Shown: positions 44,173 to 53,403 of the stretch, in pieces
How the letters are laid out: each line of letters starts with the position of its first letter
How positions within the stretch are numbered: position 1 is the stretch's first letter
NCBI RefSeq assembly: GCF_009834185.1
Contig: NZ_CP047173.1
Span: forward strand, 1,391,725 to 1,455,724
From: Rathayibacter sp. VKM Ac-2760
GTDB taxonomy: Bacteria; Actinomycetota; Actinomycetes; Actinomycetales; Microbacteriaceae
Direction: 5' to 3'
DNA length: 64,000 bases
Notes under the pieces: generated by a model
Told to the model about the DNA's origin: nothing
The model's input: only the letters and a program-made list of their open reading frames with translations
Databases searched by the model: none
Program-made: the position numbers and the translations under genes

Positions 44173-46014
44173 ATGGGCAAGAAGCGCAATCAGGGACGAT
44201 CCGGAGGCGGGCGCTCCGGCGGATCGGGCGGTCAGGGCGGCGGCCGCACGGCCGAGACCGCGCTGATGGTGCGGTTCCGCAGCTGGTACCGCTCCCACCT
44301 GGCCGACGTCGCCGTGATGCACGAGCACCTCGACGTCGACGAGGCCGTCGAGGTCCTCACCGATCTCTTCGCCATGACCCGCGACCTCCGCCCGCGCGGC
44401 TCGTTCGCCCAGCCCGACGCAGAGCTGCTCGAGGCCGTCTTCGACCAGATCGAGGCCGACCTCTCCGGTGAGGAGAGCGAGGCCGACCTCGACGACACCC
44501 TCTTCACCGTCGCCGAGGTGGTCGAGCACTTCCTCGACTTCCTCACCGACGAGGACCTCTGGACCGGCACCGACGAGGAGCTCGACGAGTGCCAGGCCGT
44601 GCTCGACGAGGTCCTCGACCTCGCCGGCTCCTTCGTCGAGGCCGTCCTCGACGACCTGCTCGAGGTCGACGAGGTCCCGGACGCCGAGATGCTCACCGCC
44701 GCCCGCGCCACCGCGCTCGTGCACGCCGCCGACGTCGTGGTCGAGCACCTCGCCGCGACCGCCGACGCGACGATCACTGAGCGCGCCGCCCGCGAGATCG
44801 TGGTCGAGGCGGGCATCTCCTCCGCCGGCTCGACCCCGAGCGACGACGCCGTCCGCATCCCCGTCTCGGCCTGGTGGGACGCGCTGGTCGCCTCCGACGT
44901 GCTCGAGACCGACGGCTCGACCGCGGGCCTCGGCGACGCCGCCCGGCCCTGGCGCAGCTCCGACGCTCGCGAGGCGACGGTCGAGCGCATCGCCTACATC
45001 GCCCGCTTCGTCGAGCAGTGGCTCGCCAGCTCGCAGGAGGCGCTCGCCGCCGCCGACACCGAGAACGGCGCCTTCTCGCCGCGCGAGCGCGCGATCACGA
45101 CGACCGACGCCGTCCTGGTGCGGATGGCCGTCGCCTGCCAGGCGCAGATCCACGAGGGCCTCGTCGTCGGCGAGCTGGTCGACGAGCTCGCCGCCGACCT
45201 CGACGTCTCGCTCGAGGAGGCGCTCGACGAGCGCGAGCGGATGGTCGGCTCGGCCGAGCGGATGCTCGACGACGCCGCCGAGCTCGGCCTGCTGCTGCAC
45301 TCGCCCGAGTTCGGCTACGTGCTGCCCGAGGGCCTGCAGCCCGTCCTCGCCTCGGTGGTCCGAGCGAGCATCGTGCTGCTCGGCGCCCGCGACGCGACCC
45401 GCCTCGAGATCCTCGACGAGGCGACGGAGGACACCGACGCCTCCTACGCCCTGCACGTCTCGCTCCTCGGCACCAAGCCGGTCGTCTGGCGCCGGCTCGA
45501 GCTGTCCTCGGAGTCGTCGCTGCGCGATCTGCACCTCGCGCTGCAGCTCTCGCTCGGCTGGACCGACGCGCAGCCGCACTACTTCAGCGTCGGCGTGCCC
45601 GACGAGGAGCGCGCGCCGATCGGCTCGCCGGCCGATGCCGAGGAGCTCGGCGCCGACCTGGTCGACGAGGGCGGCGTCGCGCTCGCCGAAGTGCTCGAGA
45701 GCGTCGACGACGAGCTGTTCTACGTCTACGACCTCGAGGACGAGTGGCGCCACGTCATCCGCCTCGAGTCGGTCTCGCCGCTGCGGGCCGCGCTGCCGCG
45801 CTGCACGGGGGCCCGGGGCGCCGCTCCGCTCGACGCCCCCGGTGGTCCGGCCGCGTGGGCCGACACGGTCCGAGCCGCGACCGATCCGGCCTCGGCCGAT
45901 CACGCGGAGGCGCTGGACGCCCTCGGCCTCGCCGCCGGGGCGACCTTCGACCCGGCGAGCGTCGACGTCGACGGCATCAACCGATCGCTCGGCCTGCTGC
46001 GCGCGGCGGTCTGA
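44173..46014 (+). CDS. plasmid pRiA4b ORF-3-like domain protein with acidic N-terminal region
   Basis: 613 aa. GGAGG precedes the ATG. The C-terminal region is YALHVSLLGTKPVVWRRLEL...LHLALQLSLGWTDAQPHYF...FYVYDLEDEWRHVIRLE (PRiA4_ORF3 pattern). Confidence 0.75.
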   Translation: MGKKRNQGRSGGGRSGGSGGQGGGRTAETALMVRFRSWYRSHLADVAVMHEHLDVDEAVEVLTDLFAMTRDLRPRGSFAQPDAELLEAVFDQIEADLSGEESEADLDDTLFTVAEVVEHFLDFLTDEDLWTGTDEELDECQAVLDEVLDLAGSFVEAVLDDLLEVDEVPDAEMLTAARATALVHAADVVVEHLAATADATITERAAREIVVEAGISSAGSTPSDDAVRIPVSAWWDALVASDVLETDGSTAGLGDAARPWRSSDAREATVERIAYIARFVEQWLASSQEALAAADTENGAFSPRERAITTTDAVLVRMAVACQAQIHEGLVVGELVDELAADLDVSLEEALDERERMVGSAERMLDDAAELGLLLHSPEFGYVLPEGLQPVLASVVRASIVLLGARDATRLEILDEATEDTDASYALHVSLLGTKPVVWRRLELSSESSLRDLHLALQLSLGWTDAQPHYFSVGVPDEERAPIGSPADAEELGADLVDEGGVALAEVLESVDDELFYVYDLEDEWRHVIRLESVSPLRAALPRCTGARGAAPLDAPGGPAAWADTVRAATDPASADHAEALDALGLAAGATFDPASVDVDGINRSLGLLRAAV

Positions 46015-46026
46015 GCTCGTCGCCGA

Positions 46027-46094
46027 CAGAACATCAGCCGGGAGCGGACCTCCTCCACCATCGTGGACGAGGTCGCTTCTCAGCTGATCTTGTG
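46027..46094 (-). repeat. family-2 palindromic element, copy E (inverted orientation)
   Basis: CAGAACATCAGCCGGGAG ... CTTCTCAGCTGATCTTGTG. The centre CCACCATCGTGGA is the reverse complement of the CCACGATGGTGGA-type centre of the other copies. Confidence 0.7.
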
Positions 46095-46120
46095 AAGCCG
46101 TCCGCCCCTGCCGGCCGTCC

Positions 46121-47095
46121 TCACGGCGTGAGCAGCAGCTTGCCGATGTGCCCGGAGGAGCGCATCCGCTCGTGCGCCCGCTCCGCCTCGGCCAGCGGGA
46201 TCACCTCGTCGACCACCGGCCGCACCGTCCCGCCCGCGACCAGCGGCCACACCTTCTCGCGCACCGCGGCGACGATCGCACGCCGCTCCTCCAGTGGGCG
46301 GGCGCGGAGTGTCGTCGCGTGCACCGACGCGCGCTTGCGCATCAGCGTCCCGATGTCGAGCGCGCCCTCCGCGCCGGACTGGTTGCCGATGAACACGACG
46401 CGACCGCCGAGCGCGAGCGCCTCGATGTCCCGGGCGAGGTAGTCGCCGCCGACCGGATCGAGGATCACGTCGACCCCGCCGTCGGTCTCGGCGGCGATGC
46501 GCTCCACGAAGTCCTGCTCGCGGTAGTCGATCAGGATGTCCGCGCCGAGCGCCCGGCAGGCGTCGAGCTTGCGCGGACTGCCGGCCGTGACGGCGACGCG
46601 CGCCCCGATCGCCGACGCGATCTGGATCCCCGTCGTGCCGATCCCGCTGCCGCCGCCGTGGATCAGCACCGTCTCGCCGGCGCGGAGCCCCGCCACCAGC
46701 ACCAGGTTCGACCAGACGGTCGCGGTCGTCTCGGGCAGCGCGGCCGCCGAGATCAGCCCGACACCGTCGGGGACGGGCAGCAGCAGGCCCGCGTCGACGA
46801 CGACGTGCTCGGCGTAGCCGCCGCCCGAGAGCAGCGCGCAGACCTCCTCGCCCTCCGCCACCGCGGTCACGCCCTCGCCGAGGCCGACGACCGTGCCCGA
46901 GACCTCCATGCCGAGGATCTCCGAGGCCCCGGCGGGCGGCGGATAGACGCCGGCGCGCTGCCCGAGGTCGGCCCGGTTGACGCCGGCGGCGGCCACGCGC
47001 AGCAGCACCTCGCCGGGGCCGGGAGACGGGGTCGGCACCTCCTCGAGCACGAGGCGGGAGTCGGGGCCGGGGTTCTCGACGCGGATCGCAAGCAT
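46121..47095 (-). CDS. NAD(P)H:quinone oxidoreductase (MDR superfamily)
   Basis: 324 aa with the cofactor motif IHGGGSGIGT and overall Qor/PIG3-like sequence. Confidence 0.85.
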   Translation of the reverse strand: MLAIRVENPGPDSRLVLEEVPTPSPGPGEVLLRVAAAGVNRADLGQRAGVYPPPAGASEILGMEVSGTVVGLGEGVTAVAEGEEVCALLSGGGYAEHVVVDAGLLLPVPDGVGLISAAALPETTATVWSNLVLVAGLRAGETVLIHGGGSGIGTTGIQIASAIGARVAVTAGSPRKLDACRALGADILIDYREQDFVERIAAETDGGVDVILDPVGGDYLARDIEALALGGRVVFIGNQSGAEGALDIGTLMRKRASVHATTLRARPLEERRAIVAAVREKVWPLVAGGTVRPVVDEVIPLAEAERAHERMRSSGHIGKLLLTP

Positions 47096-47130
47096 GCCGC
47101 GATGCTACGCCGCGCGCGTCCGGCGGCCCT

Positions 47131-47220
47131 CCGTTCGATCTGCAGGCGGTCCGGGCCGTCGCGCGACCGGACGCACGGCGGAGGGCCCTTTCCCGGCGGG
47201 ATCGCCTGCAGATCGGACGG
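47131..47220. repeat. 90-nt imperfect palindrome (18-nt arms, 17 of 18 paired) with competing inner pairings
   Basis: CCGTTCGATCTGCAGGCG (47131-47148) pairs with CGCCTGCAGATCGGACGG (47203-47220). GGCCCTCCG (47125-47133) pairs with CGGAGGGCC (47179-47187) and overlaps or crosses the first stem. Confidence 0.6.
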
Positions 47221-47227
47221 CGGCCGC

Positions 47228-48007
47228 TCAGGCGTGCTCGGCGAGGAAGGCGAGCACCGCGTCCTTGAACGCGCGTGCCGGAACCGTGCTGGTGTGGTCG
47301 CGGCCCGGGACGCTGACGAAGCGCGCCCCCGCCTCCTCCGCCAGCCGCGCCCCGCCGGGTGCGATGGGGTCGGCGCCGCCGGTCACCATCAGGGTCGGCA
47401 GTGCCGGGTGCACCCCGAGCTCCGGATGCGCCCCGCCGCGGACGCCGTCCGCCACCGCCACCAGCGCGGCGAGGTCGTTGCCGGCCACGCCCTCCGCCAT
47501 GCCGATGAACGCGCGGGTGAAGCCGTCGTCGATCTCGCCGCCGTCTGCCACCCGCGCCCGCGCCGCCGCCGCGTCGAAGTGCCGGAGCGGCTCGCCCACG
47601 GTGAGCCCGCCGAGGCTGAGGGTCGCCAGCAGCTCCGGGCGCTCGAGTCCGAGCACCCAGCCCATCCGCGCGCCGAGCGAGTAGCCCAGGTAGTGCGGAG
47701 CGATCAGGTCGTAGGTCTCGATCACCCGGACGATGTCGGCCACCATCGGATCGACCCCGTAGGCGCCGGCCCGGTGCGGCTTCTCGCTGGCCCCGTGCCC
47801 GCGCTGGTCGAGCGCCACCACGCGGTAGCCCGCGCGGCTCAGCGTCCGCAGCCAGCCCGCCGTCTCCCAGTTCAGCACCGCGTTCGACGCGAAGCCGTGC
47901 ACCGCCAGCACGGTCGGAGCCCCCTCGTCGCCGACCGCGTAGGTCGCGATCCGCGTCCCGTCGTCGGCGACCACGGACACGGGCGGGGGGAAGGCGATCG
48001 GCGTCAC
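47228..48007 (-). CDS. alpha/beta hydrolase
   Basis: 259 aa from the GTG at 48007, with a GYSLGA nucleophile elbow. The upstream part of the track ORF is acidic/Arg-rich shadow. Confidence 0.75.
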   Translation of the reverse strand: MTPIAFPPPVSVVADDGTRIATYAVGDEGAPTVLAVHGFASNAVLNWETAGWLRTLSRAGYRVVALDQRGHGASEKPHRAGAYGVDPMVADIVRVIETYDLIAPHYLGYSLGARMGWVLGLERPELLATLSLGGLTVGEPLRHFDAAAARARVADGGEIDDGFTRAFIGMAEGVAGNDLAALVAVADGVRGGAHPELGVHPALPTLMVTGGADPIAPGGARLAEEAGARFVSVPGRDHTSTVPARAFKDAVLAFLAEHA

Positions 48008-48175
48008 CCGACAACCCTGCCACCCCGCGGGCGCGGGCTCGGCAGGCCCTCCGCGACGGCCGGACTGCACGGCCCGTCGCGCCATCGGACGGCCGGAAGG
48101 CCGACATCGCACGCCGACACCCGACGAGGGCCGCCGAGAGCCTCCTGAGCGAGGGCATCTGCGTTTGGTTCTCGG

Positions 48176-48406
48176 ATGGGAGATCCAGAACGCTCGAGTG
48201 ACCGGCACGACCGGAGGTCGCTGTACGGGGCGCACACACCGTGGGGCTTCCTCGCGATCCTGTTCGTCGGGTTGTCCGTCGGAAGCGCCGTCGCCGGTGC
48301 CGTCGGCGTGACCCTCTCGCTCGACGTCGTACCGATCGCCCTCTCCGTCGCGATCACCTGCCTGATCAGCCGCCTGGTGCTCTTCCTCCGACACCGCCGC
48401 CGGTGA
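48176..48406 (+). CDS. small membrane protein (two predicted TM helices)
   Basis: 76-aa ORF with high third-position GC and hydrophobic stretches WGFLAILFVGLSVGSAVAGAVGV and VVPIALSVAITCLISRLVLFL. There is no clear RBS. Confidence 0.4.
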   Translation: MGDPERSSDRHDRRSLYGAHTPWGFLAILFVGLSVGSAVAGAVGVTLSLDVVPIALSVAITCLISRLVLFLRHRRR

Positions 48407-48455
48407 GCGTGACGGCCGACGGACGCTGCGGTCGCTGAAGAAGGGCGCGGCGCGG

Positions 48456-48887
48456 TCAGCGCGCCGCTCGCGAGGAGCGCACGAACGGCACCGCGAGGAC
48501 GAGCCGCACGCTGTGCCCCCGCCCCGAGCGGATCCCGAGCACGACGGAGAGCACGAGGTTCAGCACGAAGAGGCCGAGGATCGCCGCGATCGTGAGGGTG
48601 GGCCAGCCGCCGCCGTAGGCGTCGCGCGCCGAGACCAGCGCGAGGTGCAGCGGGACGAGCATCAGCTGGAGCGCCAGGTAGGTGAGCTGCCAGTTCACGG
48701 CGACGACGCCGTTGCGGTCGCTCAGGGTGCCGGTGCGGCGGCGCGCGCCCCACGCCATCACGGTCGCCGTCAGAGAGATCAGCGGCGAGAGGATGACGAA
48801 GCCGGCGATCGCCGAGAGCCCCGCGAACCAGATCGCCCGGGCGCCGCGGCCGTCGCGGCGGCGGCGCAGCGTGTCGTCGTCGTCCAT
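48456..48887 (-). CDS. DUF4870-like membrane protein
   Basis: 143 aa from the ATG at 48887. It has 3-4 TM segments and an NWQLT motif. Confidence 0.55.
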   Translation of the reverse strand: MDDDDTLRRRRDGRGARAIWFAGLSAIAGFVILSPLISLTATVMAWGARRRTGTLSDRNGVVAVNWQLTYLALQLMLVPLHLALVSARDAYGGGWPTLTIAAILGLFVLNLVLSVVLGIRSGRGHSVRLVLAVPFVRSSRAAR

Positions 48888-49077
48888 CCGCCACCGCTCC
48901 CTCGCGATCCCGCCGGCGATCCGCCGGCACTCCAGTCTCCCACCCGCCCCCGGCGAGGGGCGGGGACGTCCCCCGCCGCCCCGGGGGTTACCCGGATGGG
49001 ATGCCGCGCGGCCGCTCCGTAGCGTGGAGGAGTCGCCGGGCGCCCCCGGCATCCCACCCGCAGAAGGAGCACCGACC

Positions 49078-49584
49078 ATGTCGAACACCGAGTCCACCCC
49101 CTCCAGTGCCACCACCGCCGTCCCCACCACCGCGACCGCCGCCGACGCGAAGCCCACCGAGGTCTACGGCGCCACCGCCGTCCTGACCGACCCGGCCCCG
49201 GTGCAGGAGCAGGAGCGGGAGCGAGCGCAGCGCGAGCAGCAGCCCGCCGCACAGCCCGCCGCCCAGCACCCCGCGCCCTACGGTGTCCCGCCCGTCGCCC
49301 CCGCCGCCGCCACCCCCGCGCCGTCCACCCCGTTCTCGCTGACCAGCCTCATCCTCGGCGTCACCTCGGTCTTCTTCGGCCTCACCGTGATCGCCCCCGT
49401 CGCCGGCCTGATCTTCGGCATCCTCGGCCTCCGCCGCGAGCCGACCGGGCGCACCCTCGCGATCTGGGGCATCGTCCTGAACGCCGTGATGATCGGCCTC
49501 GTCGTCCTCTTCGTCGTCGCGCTGCTCTTCCTCGGTCTTCTGGTGCCGTTCGTCGCGCTCGCGACCGGCACCGACGTCAACTGA
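49078..49584 (+). CDS. DUF4190-like membrane protein with Pro/Ala/Gln-rich N-terminus
   Basis: The ATG at 49078 follows GAAGGAG. The C-terminal part is LILGVTSVFFGLTVIAPVAGLIFGILGLRRE...WGIVLNAVMIG. Confidence 0.6.
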   Translation: MSNTESTPSSATTAVPTTATAADAKPTEVYGATAVLTDPAPVQEQERERAQREQQPAAQPAAQHPAPYGVPPVAPAAATPAPSTPFSLTSLILGVTSVFFGLTVIAPVAGLIFGILGLRREPTGRTLAIWGIVLNAVMIGLVVLFVVALLFLGLLVPFVALATGTDVN

Positions 49585-49606
49585 CCGGCGTCACCTCCGC
49601 CGCCCC

Positions 49607-50347
49607 TCAGGCCAGGAACGCCCGGAGCAGCGCGGCCGACGCCCGCACGTGCTCGCCGGCCAGCCGCGCCGCCTCGTCCGCCCGCCCCGACAGGACGGCG
49701 ATCACGAGCGCCCGGTGCTGCTCGTCCGCGTGCGCGATGTTGCGCGGCAGCAGCGGGATGTCGTCGAGCAGGGCGTTCAGCCGCATCCGGTTCTCGGCGA
49801 CGAGCGGCAGCAGCGACGGCACGCCGGCCAGCTCGGCGAGCACCAGGTGCAGCCGGGAATCCCGGCGGCGGTAGTCCTCCTGGCTCGCGTCCTCCACCGC
49901 CCCGAGCGCGTCGAACAGCTGCTCCCGGTCGGCCGCACTCAACTCGGCCGCCGCGGCCAGGCGCACCGCGCCCACCTCGAGGATCTCGCGGAGCCCCACC
50001 ACGTCGTCGATCTCGGCCCGGTCGAAGCCGCGCCGCCCGGTCGGCACCGCCGGCAGCTCGACCGCGACGAAGGTGCCGCCGTAGCGGCCGCGTCGCACCT
50101 CGAGGTACCCGGCGTCCACCAGCGACGCGATCGCCTCGCGCAGCGTGTCGCGCCCCACGGCGAGCCGCCGGGCCAGCTCGCGCTCGGCCGGCAGCCGCTC
50201 GCCGGGCGCCACCAGCCCGAGCCGCACCGTCTGCATCAGCCGCTGCACCGTCTCCTCGAAGGCGTTGCCCGAGCGCACGGGCCGCAGGACCGCCTCGCCG
50301 GCGCTCACCGCCGGCCCGGCCGCGGGCCCGGAGTCCGCGCCGGTCAC
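49607..50347 (-). CDS. GntR-family transcriptional regulator (FadR/FCD subfamily)
   Basis: 246 aa with a wHTH (PGERLPAERELARRLAVGRDTLREAIASLVDAGYLEVRRGRYGGTFV) and a helical C-terminal domain. Confidence 0.85.
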   Translation of the reverse strand: MTGADSGPAAGPAVSAGEAVLRPVRSGNAFEETVQRLMQTVRLGLVAPGERLPAERELARRLAVGRDTLREAIASLVDAGYLEVRRGRYGGTFVAVELPAVPTGRRGFDRAEIDDVVGLREILEVGAVRLAAAAELSAADREQLFDALGAVEDASQEDYRRRDSRLHLVLAELAGVPSLLPLVAENRMRLNALLDDIPLLPRNIAHADEQHRALVIAVLSGRADEAARLAGEHVRASAALLRAFLA

Positions 50348-51147
50348 TCCGGCGTGACGTAGGCGGAGGAGATGCCGCCGTCGACGAGGAAGGTCGAGCC
50401 GGTGATGAACGAGGCGTCGTCGCTCGCGAGGAAGGCCACCGCGGCGGCCAGCTCCTCCGGCTCGGCGAACCGCCCGATCGGGATGTGCACGAGCCGGCGC
50501 TGCGCCCGCACCGGGTCCGCCGCGAACAGCTCCTGCAGCAGCGCCGTGTTGACCGGCCCGGGGCAGAGCGCGTTCACCCGGATGCCCTGGCGGGCGTACT
50601 GCACGCCGAGCTCGCGGCTCATCGCGAGCACGCCGCCCTTCGAGGCGGTGTAGCTGATCTGCGAGGTCGCCGAGCCGAGCACGGCCACGAACGACGCGGT
50701 GTTGATGATCGAGCCGCGGCCCTGCCGGGTCATGTGCCGCAGCGCCGCCCGGCAGCAGAGGTAGACCGACTTCAGATTCACGTCCTGCACCCGCTCCCAG
50801 GCCGGCAGCTCGGTCGTCTCGATCGAGTCGTCGTCCGGAGGCGAGATGCCCGCGTTGTTGAAGGCGATGTCGACCGAGCCGTAGGCGTCGACCGCGGCCT
50901 GGAAGAGCGCGTCGACCTCGGCCTCGCTCGTGACGTCGACCCGCACGAACATCCCGCCGAGCAGCTCCGCCGCCTCGGTGCCGCGCGCGACGTCGACGTC
51001 GGCGATGACCACGCGCGCTCCCTCGCGGGCGAAGCGCACCGCGGTGGCGAGACCGATGCCGCTGGCGCCGCCGGTGATGACGGCGACCCGGCCGGCGAGG
51101 CGCTGCGTCAGATCCAGCGGAGTGGTGTCGAGGGGAGGGAGCGCCAT
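50344..51147 (-). CDS. SDR-family oxidoreductase
   Basis: 267 aa from the ATG at 51147, with TGGASGIG, NNAG and YTASK. Confidence 0.85.
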   Translation of the reverse strand: MALPPLDTTPLDLTQRLAGRVAVITGGASGIGLATAVRFAREGARVVIADVDVARGTEAAELLGGMFVRVDVTSEAEVDALFQAAVDAYGSVDIAFNNAGISPPDDDSIETTELPAWERVQDVNLKSVYLCCRAALRHMTRQGRGSIINTASFVAVLGSATSQISYTASKGGVLAMSRELGVQYARQGIRVNALCPGPVNTALLQELFAADPVRAQRRLVHIPIGRFAEPEELAAAVAFLASDDASFITGSTFLVDGGISSAYVTPE

Positions 51148-51215
51148 GGATCGGCCTTTCACGGAGGAGGAGCGGGGGAGGAGCGGGAGGAGCGGAGGGG
51201 GAGTCGTGGGCCGGC

Positions 51216-52594
51216 TCAGTCGGCCGCGAAGAAGACGTTCTTGGTCTCGGTGAAGCCGAGGGCCGCGTCCGGTCCGAGCTCGCGCCCGAGCCCGGACTGC
51301 TTGAAGCCGCCGAACGGCGTCGCGTAGCGGACCGACGAGTGCGAGTTGACCGAGAGGTTGCCGGCCTCGACCGCGCGGGACATCCGCAGTGCGCGGCCGA
51401 GATCGCGGGTCCAGATCGAGCCGGAGAGCCCGTAGTCGGTGTCGTTGGCGAGCCGGATCGCGTCCGCCTCGTCCTCGAACGGCAGCACGGAGACGACCGG
51501 GCCGAAGACCTCCTCGCGCCAGACGGCGTCGCCGGTAGCGGGCAGCAGGACGGTCGGCGGGAACCAGAAGCCCGGGCCGGACGGAGCCGACCCGCGGAAC
51601 GCGACCGGCGCTCCCTCCGGCACGAAGCCGGCCACCCGCGCGTGATGCTCGGCCGACACCAGCGGACCCATCTCCGTCGCCTCCTCGCGCGGGTCGCCGA
51701 CGACGACGCCCTGCACGGCCGGCTCGAGCAGCTCGAGGAAGCGGTCGAGGACGCGCCTCTCGACCAGGATCCGGCTGCGCGCGCAGCAGTCCTGGCCCGC
51801 GTTCTCGAAGACGCCGGAGGGCGCGGTGCTCGCGGCGCGCTCGAGGTCGGAGTCGGCGAAGACGATGTTCGCGCTCTTGCCGCCGAGCTCGAGCGTCACC
51901 CGCTTCACCTGGTCGGCGCAGCCCGCCATCACCCGCTTGCCGACGCGCGTCGATCCGGTGAAGACGACCTTGCGGACCAGCGGATGCGTCACGAAGCGCT
52001 CGCCGACCACGTCGCCGCGCCCGGGCAGCACCTGGAAGAGGCCCTCGGGCAGGCCGGACGCGAGGGCCAGCTCGGCCAGGCGGAGACTCGTCAGCGGCGT
52101 CCACTCCGCGGGCTTCAGCACGACGGCGTTGCCCGCGGCGAGCGCCGGCGCGAAGCCCCAGGAGGCGATCGTCATCGGGAAGTTCCACGGCGTGATGATG
52201 CCGACCACGCCGAGCGGCTCGTGGACGGTGACGTCGAGCCCGCCGGCGACCGGGATCTGCGCGCCGAGCAGGCGCTCGGGGGCGGAGGAGGAGTACTCCA
52301 GCACGTCGCGGACGTGACCCGCCTCCCAGCGCGACTGGGTGATCGGGTGGCCGGAGTTGCGGGTCTCGAGCTGCGCCAGCTCCTCGATCGCGCCGTCGAC
52401 GGCGGCGGCGAAGCGGCGGAGGGCGCGGGCCCGGTCGACGGGGGCGAGCGCCGCCCAGCCGCGCGTGCGCCGCGGCGGCGCGGCTCGATCGCGGCGTCGA
52501 CGGCGGCGAGGTCGGCGAGGGCGATCTCGTCGAAGGCGGCGCCGGTCGCGGGGTCGACCAGGGTTTGCACGGCAGCGGGGGAGGGCGGGGTCAT
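51216..52594 (-). pseudogene. aldehyde dehydrogenase with an apparent 1-nt frameshift near the N-terminus
   Basis: The N-terminal 37 aa (MTPPSPAAVQTLVDPATGAAFDEIALADLAAVDAAIE) are in one frame. The rest (GWAALAPVDRARALRRF ... VVLKPAEWTPLT ... ELGGKS ... FENAGQDCCA) is in another. The span is 1379 nt (3n+2) and the break lies within 52461-52483. Confidence 0.65.
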
Positions 52595-53403
52595 CGGGGT
52601 GCGTCCTTCGGGGTTCCGGAGCGGTCGTCGGCGTCGTGCGCGGCTCCCGCGCGGTGGGCGAGCGCCGCGGCGACGAGGCCGGTGAACAGTCGGGTGTCGG
52701 CGGTGTCCTCCTCCGGGTGCCACTGCACGCCGAGCGCGAAGCGGCGGCCCGGCAGCTCGAGCGCCTCGATGGTGCCGTCGGCGGTCCGGGCGGCGACCTC
52801 GAGGCCGTCGGCGACCCGGTCGACCGCCTGGTGGTGGTAGACCTGCGCGACGACGACGTCCTCGCCGAGCAGTCCGCGCAGGCGCGACTCCGGCTCGACG
52901 GCGACGTCGACGTGGGAGAACACGCCGCCGCCCGCCTGGTAGCGGCGGTCGCCGACGACGTCGGGCAGGTGCTGGTGCAGGGTGCCGCCGAGCGAGACGT
53001 TGAGCAGCTGCGCGCCGCGGCAGATGCCGAGGAACGGCAGATCGGCCTCGAGGGCGGCGGTCATCAGGTGGTCCTCCCAGGCGTCGCGCTCGGGGCGGGG
53101 CTCGTCCGTCTCCGGGTGCGGCTCCTGGCCGTAGCGGGCCGGGTCGATGTCCTTGCCGCCGCAGACGATCAGCCCGTCGAGCCGGGCGACGACCGCGCGG
53201 GCGGTCTCGGCCGAGGCCGGCTGGGGCGGCAGGAGCAGCGCCACGCCGCCGGCGCGGGTCACGGAGTCGAGGTAGTTCGCGGGCAGGAAGGACGCCTCGA
53301 CGTCCCACACGCCCGACACGGCGCGCTCGCGGTAGGTCGTCAGTCCGATGATCGGGCGCGGGGCGACGACGCCGCCGCCGGTCGACGCGTCAGAGCCGCT
53401 CAA
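52591..53403 (-). CDS. gamma-glutamyl-gamma-aminobutyrate hydrolase family (class-I glutamine amidotransferase, PuuD-like)
   Basis: 270 aa with the nucleophile motif GICRGAQLLNV and GVQWHPE. Confidence 0.85.
   Translation of the reverse strand: MSGSDASTGGGVVAPRPIIGLTTYRERAVSGVWDVEASFLPANYLDSVTRAGGVALLLPPQPASAETARAVVARLDGLIVCGGKDIDPARYGQEPHPETDEPRPERDAWEDHLMTAALEADLPFLGICRGAQLLNVSLGGTLHQHLPDVVGDRRYQAGGGVFSHVDVAVEPESRLRGLLGEDVVVAQVYHHQAVDRVADGLEVAARTADGTIEALELPGRRFALGVQWHPEEDTADTRLFTGLVAAALAHRAGAAHDADDRSGTPKDAPR

Noticed and set aside
7238-46094. Family-2 elements as integron attC sites (arms contain ACAAC ... GTTGT, close to RYYYAAC / GTTRRRY).
   Set aside because: Each core has a mismatch to the consensus. 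The copies are dispersed among core metabolic operons rather than arrayed. One copy is inverted. No intI integrase or attI is present in the window.
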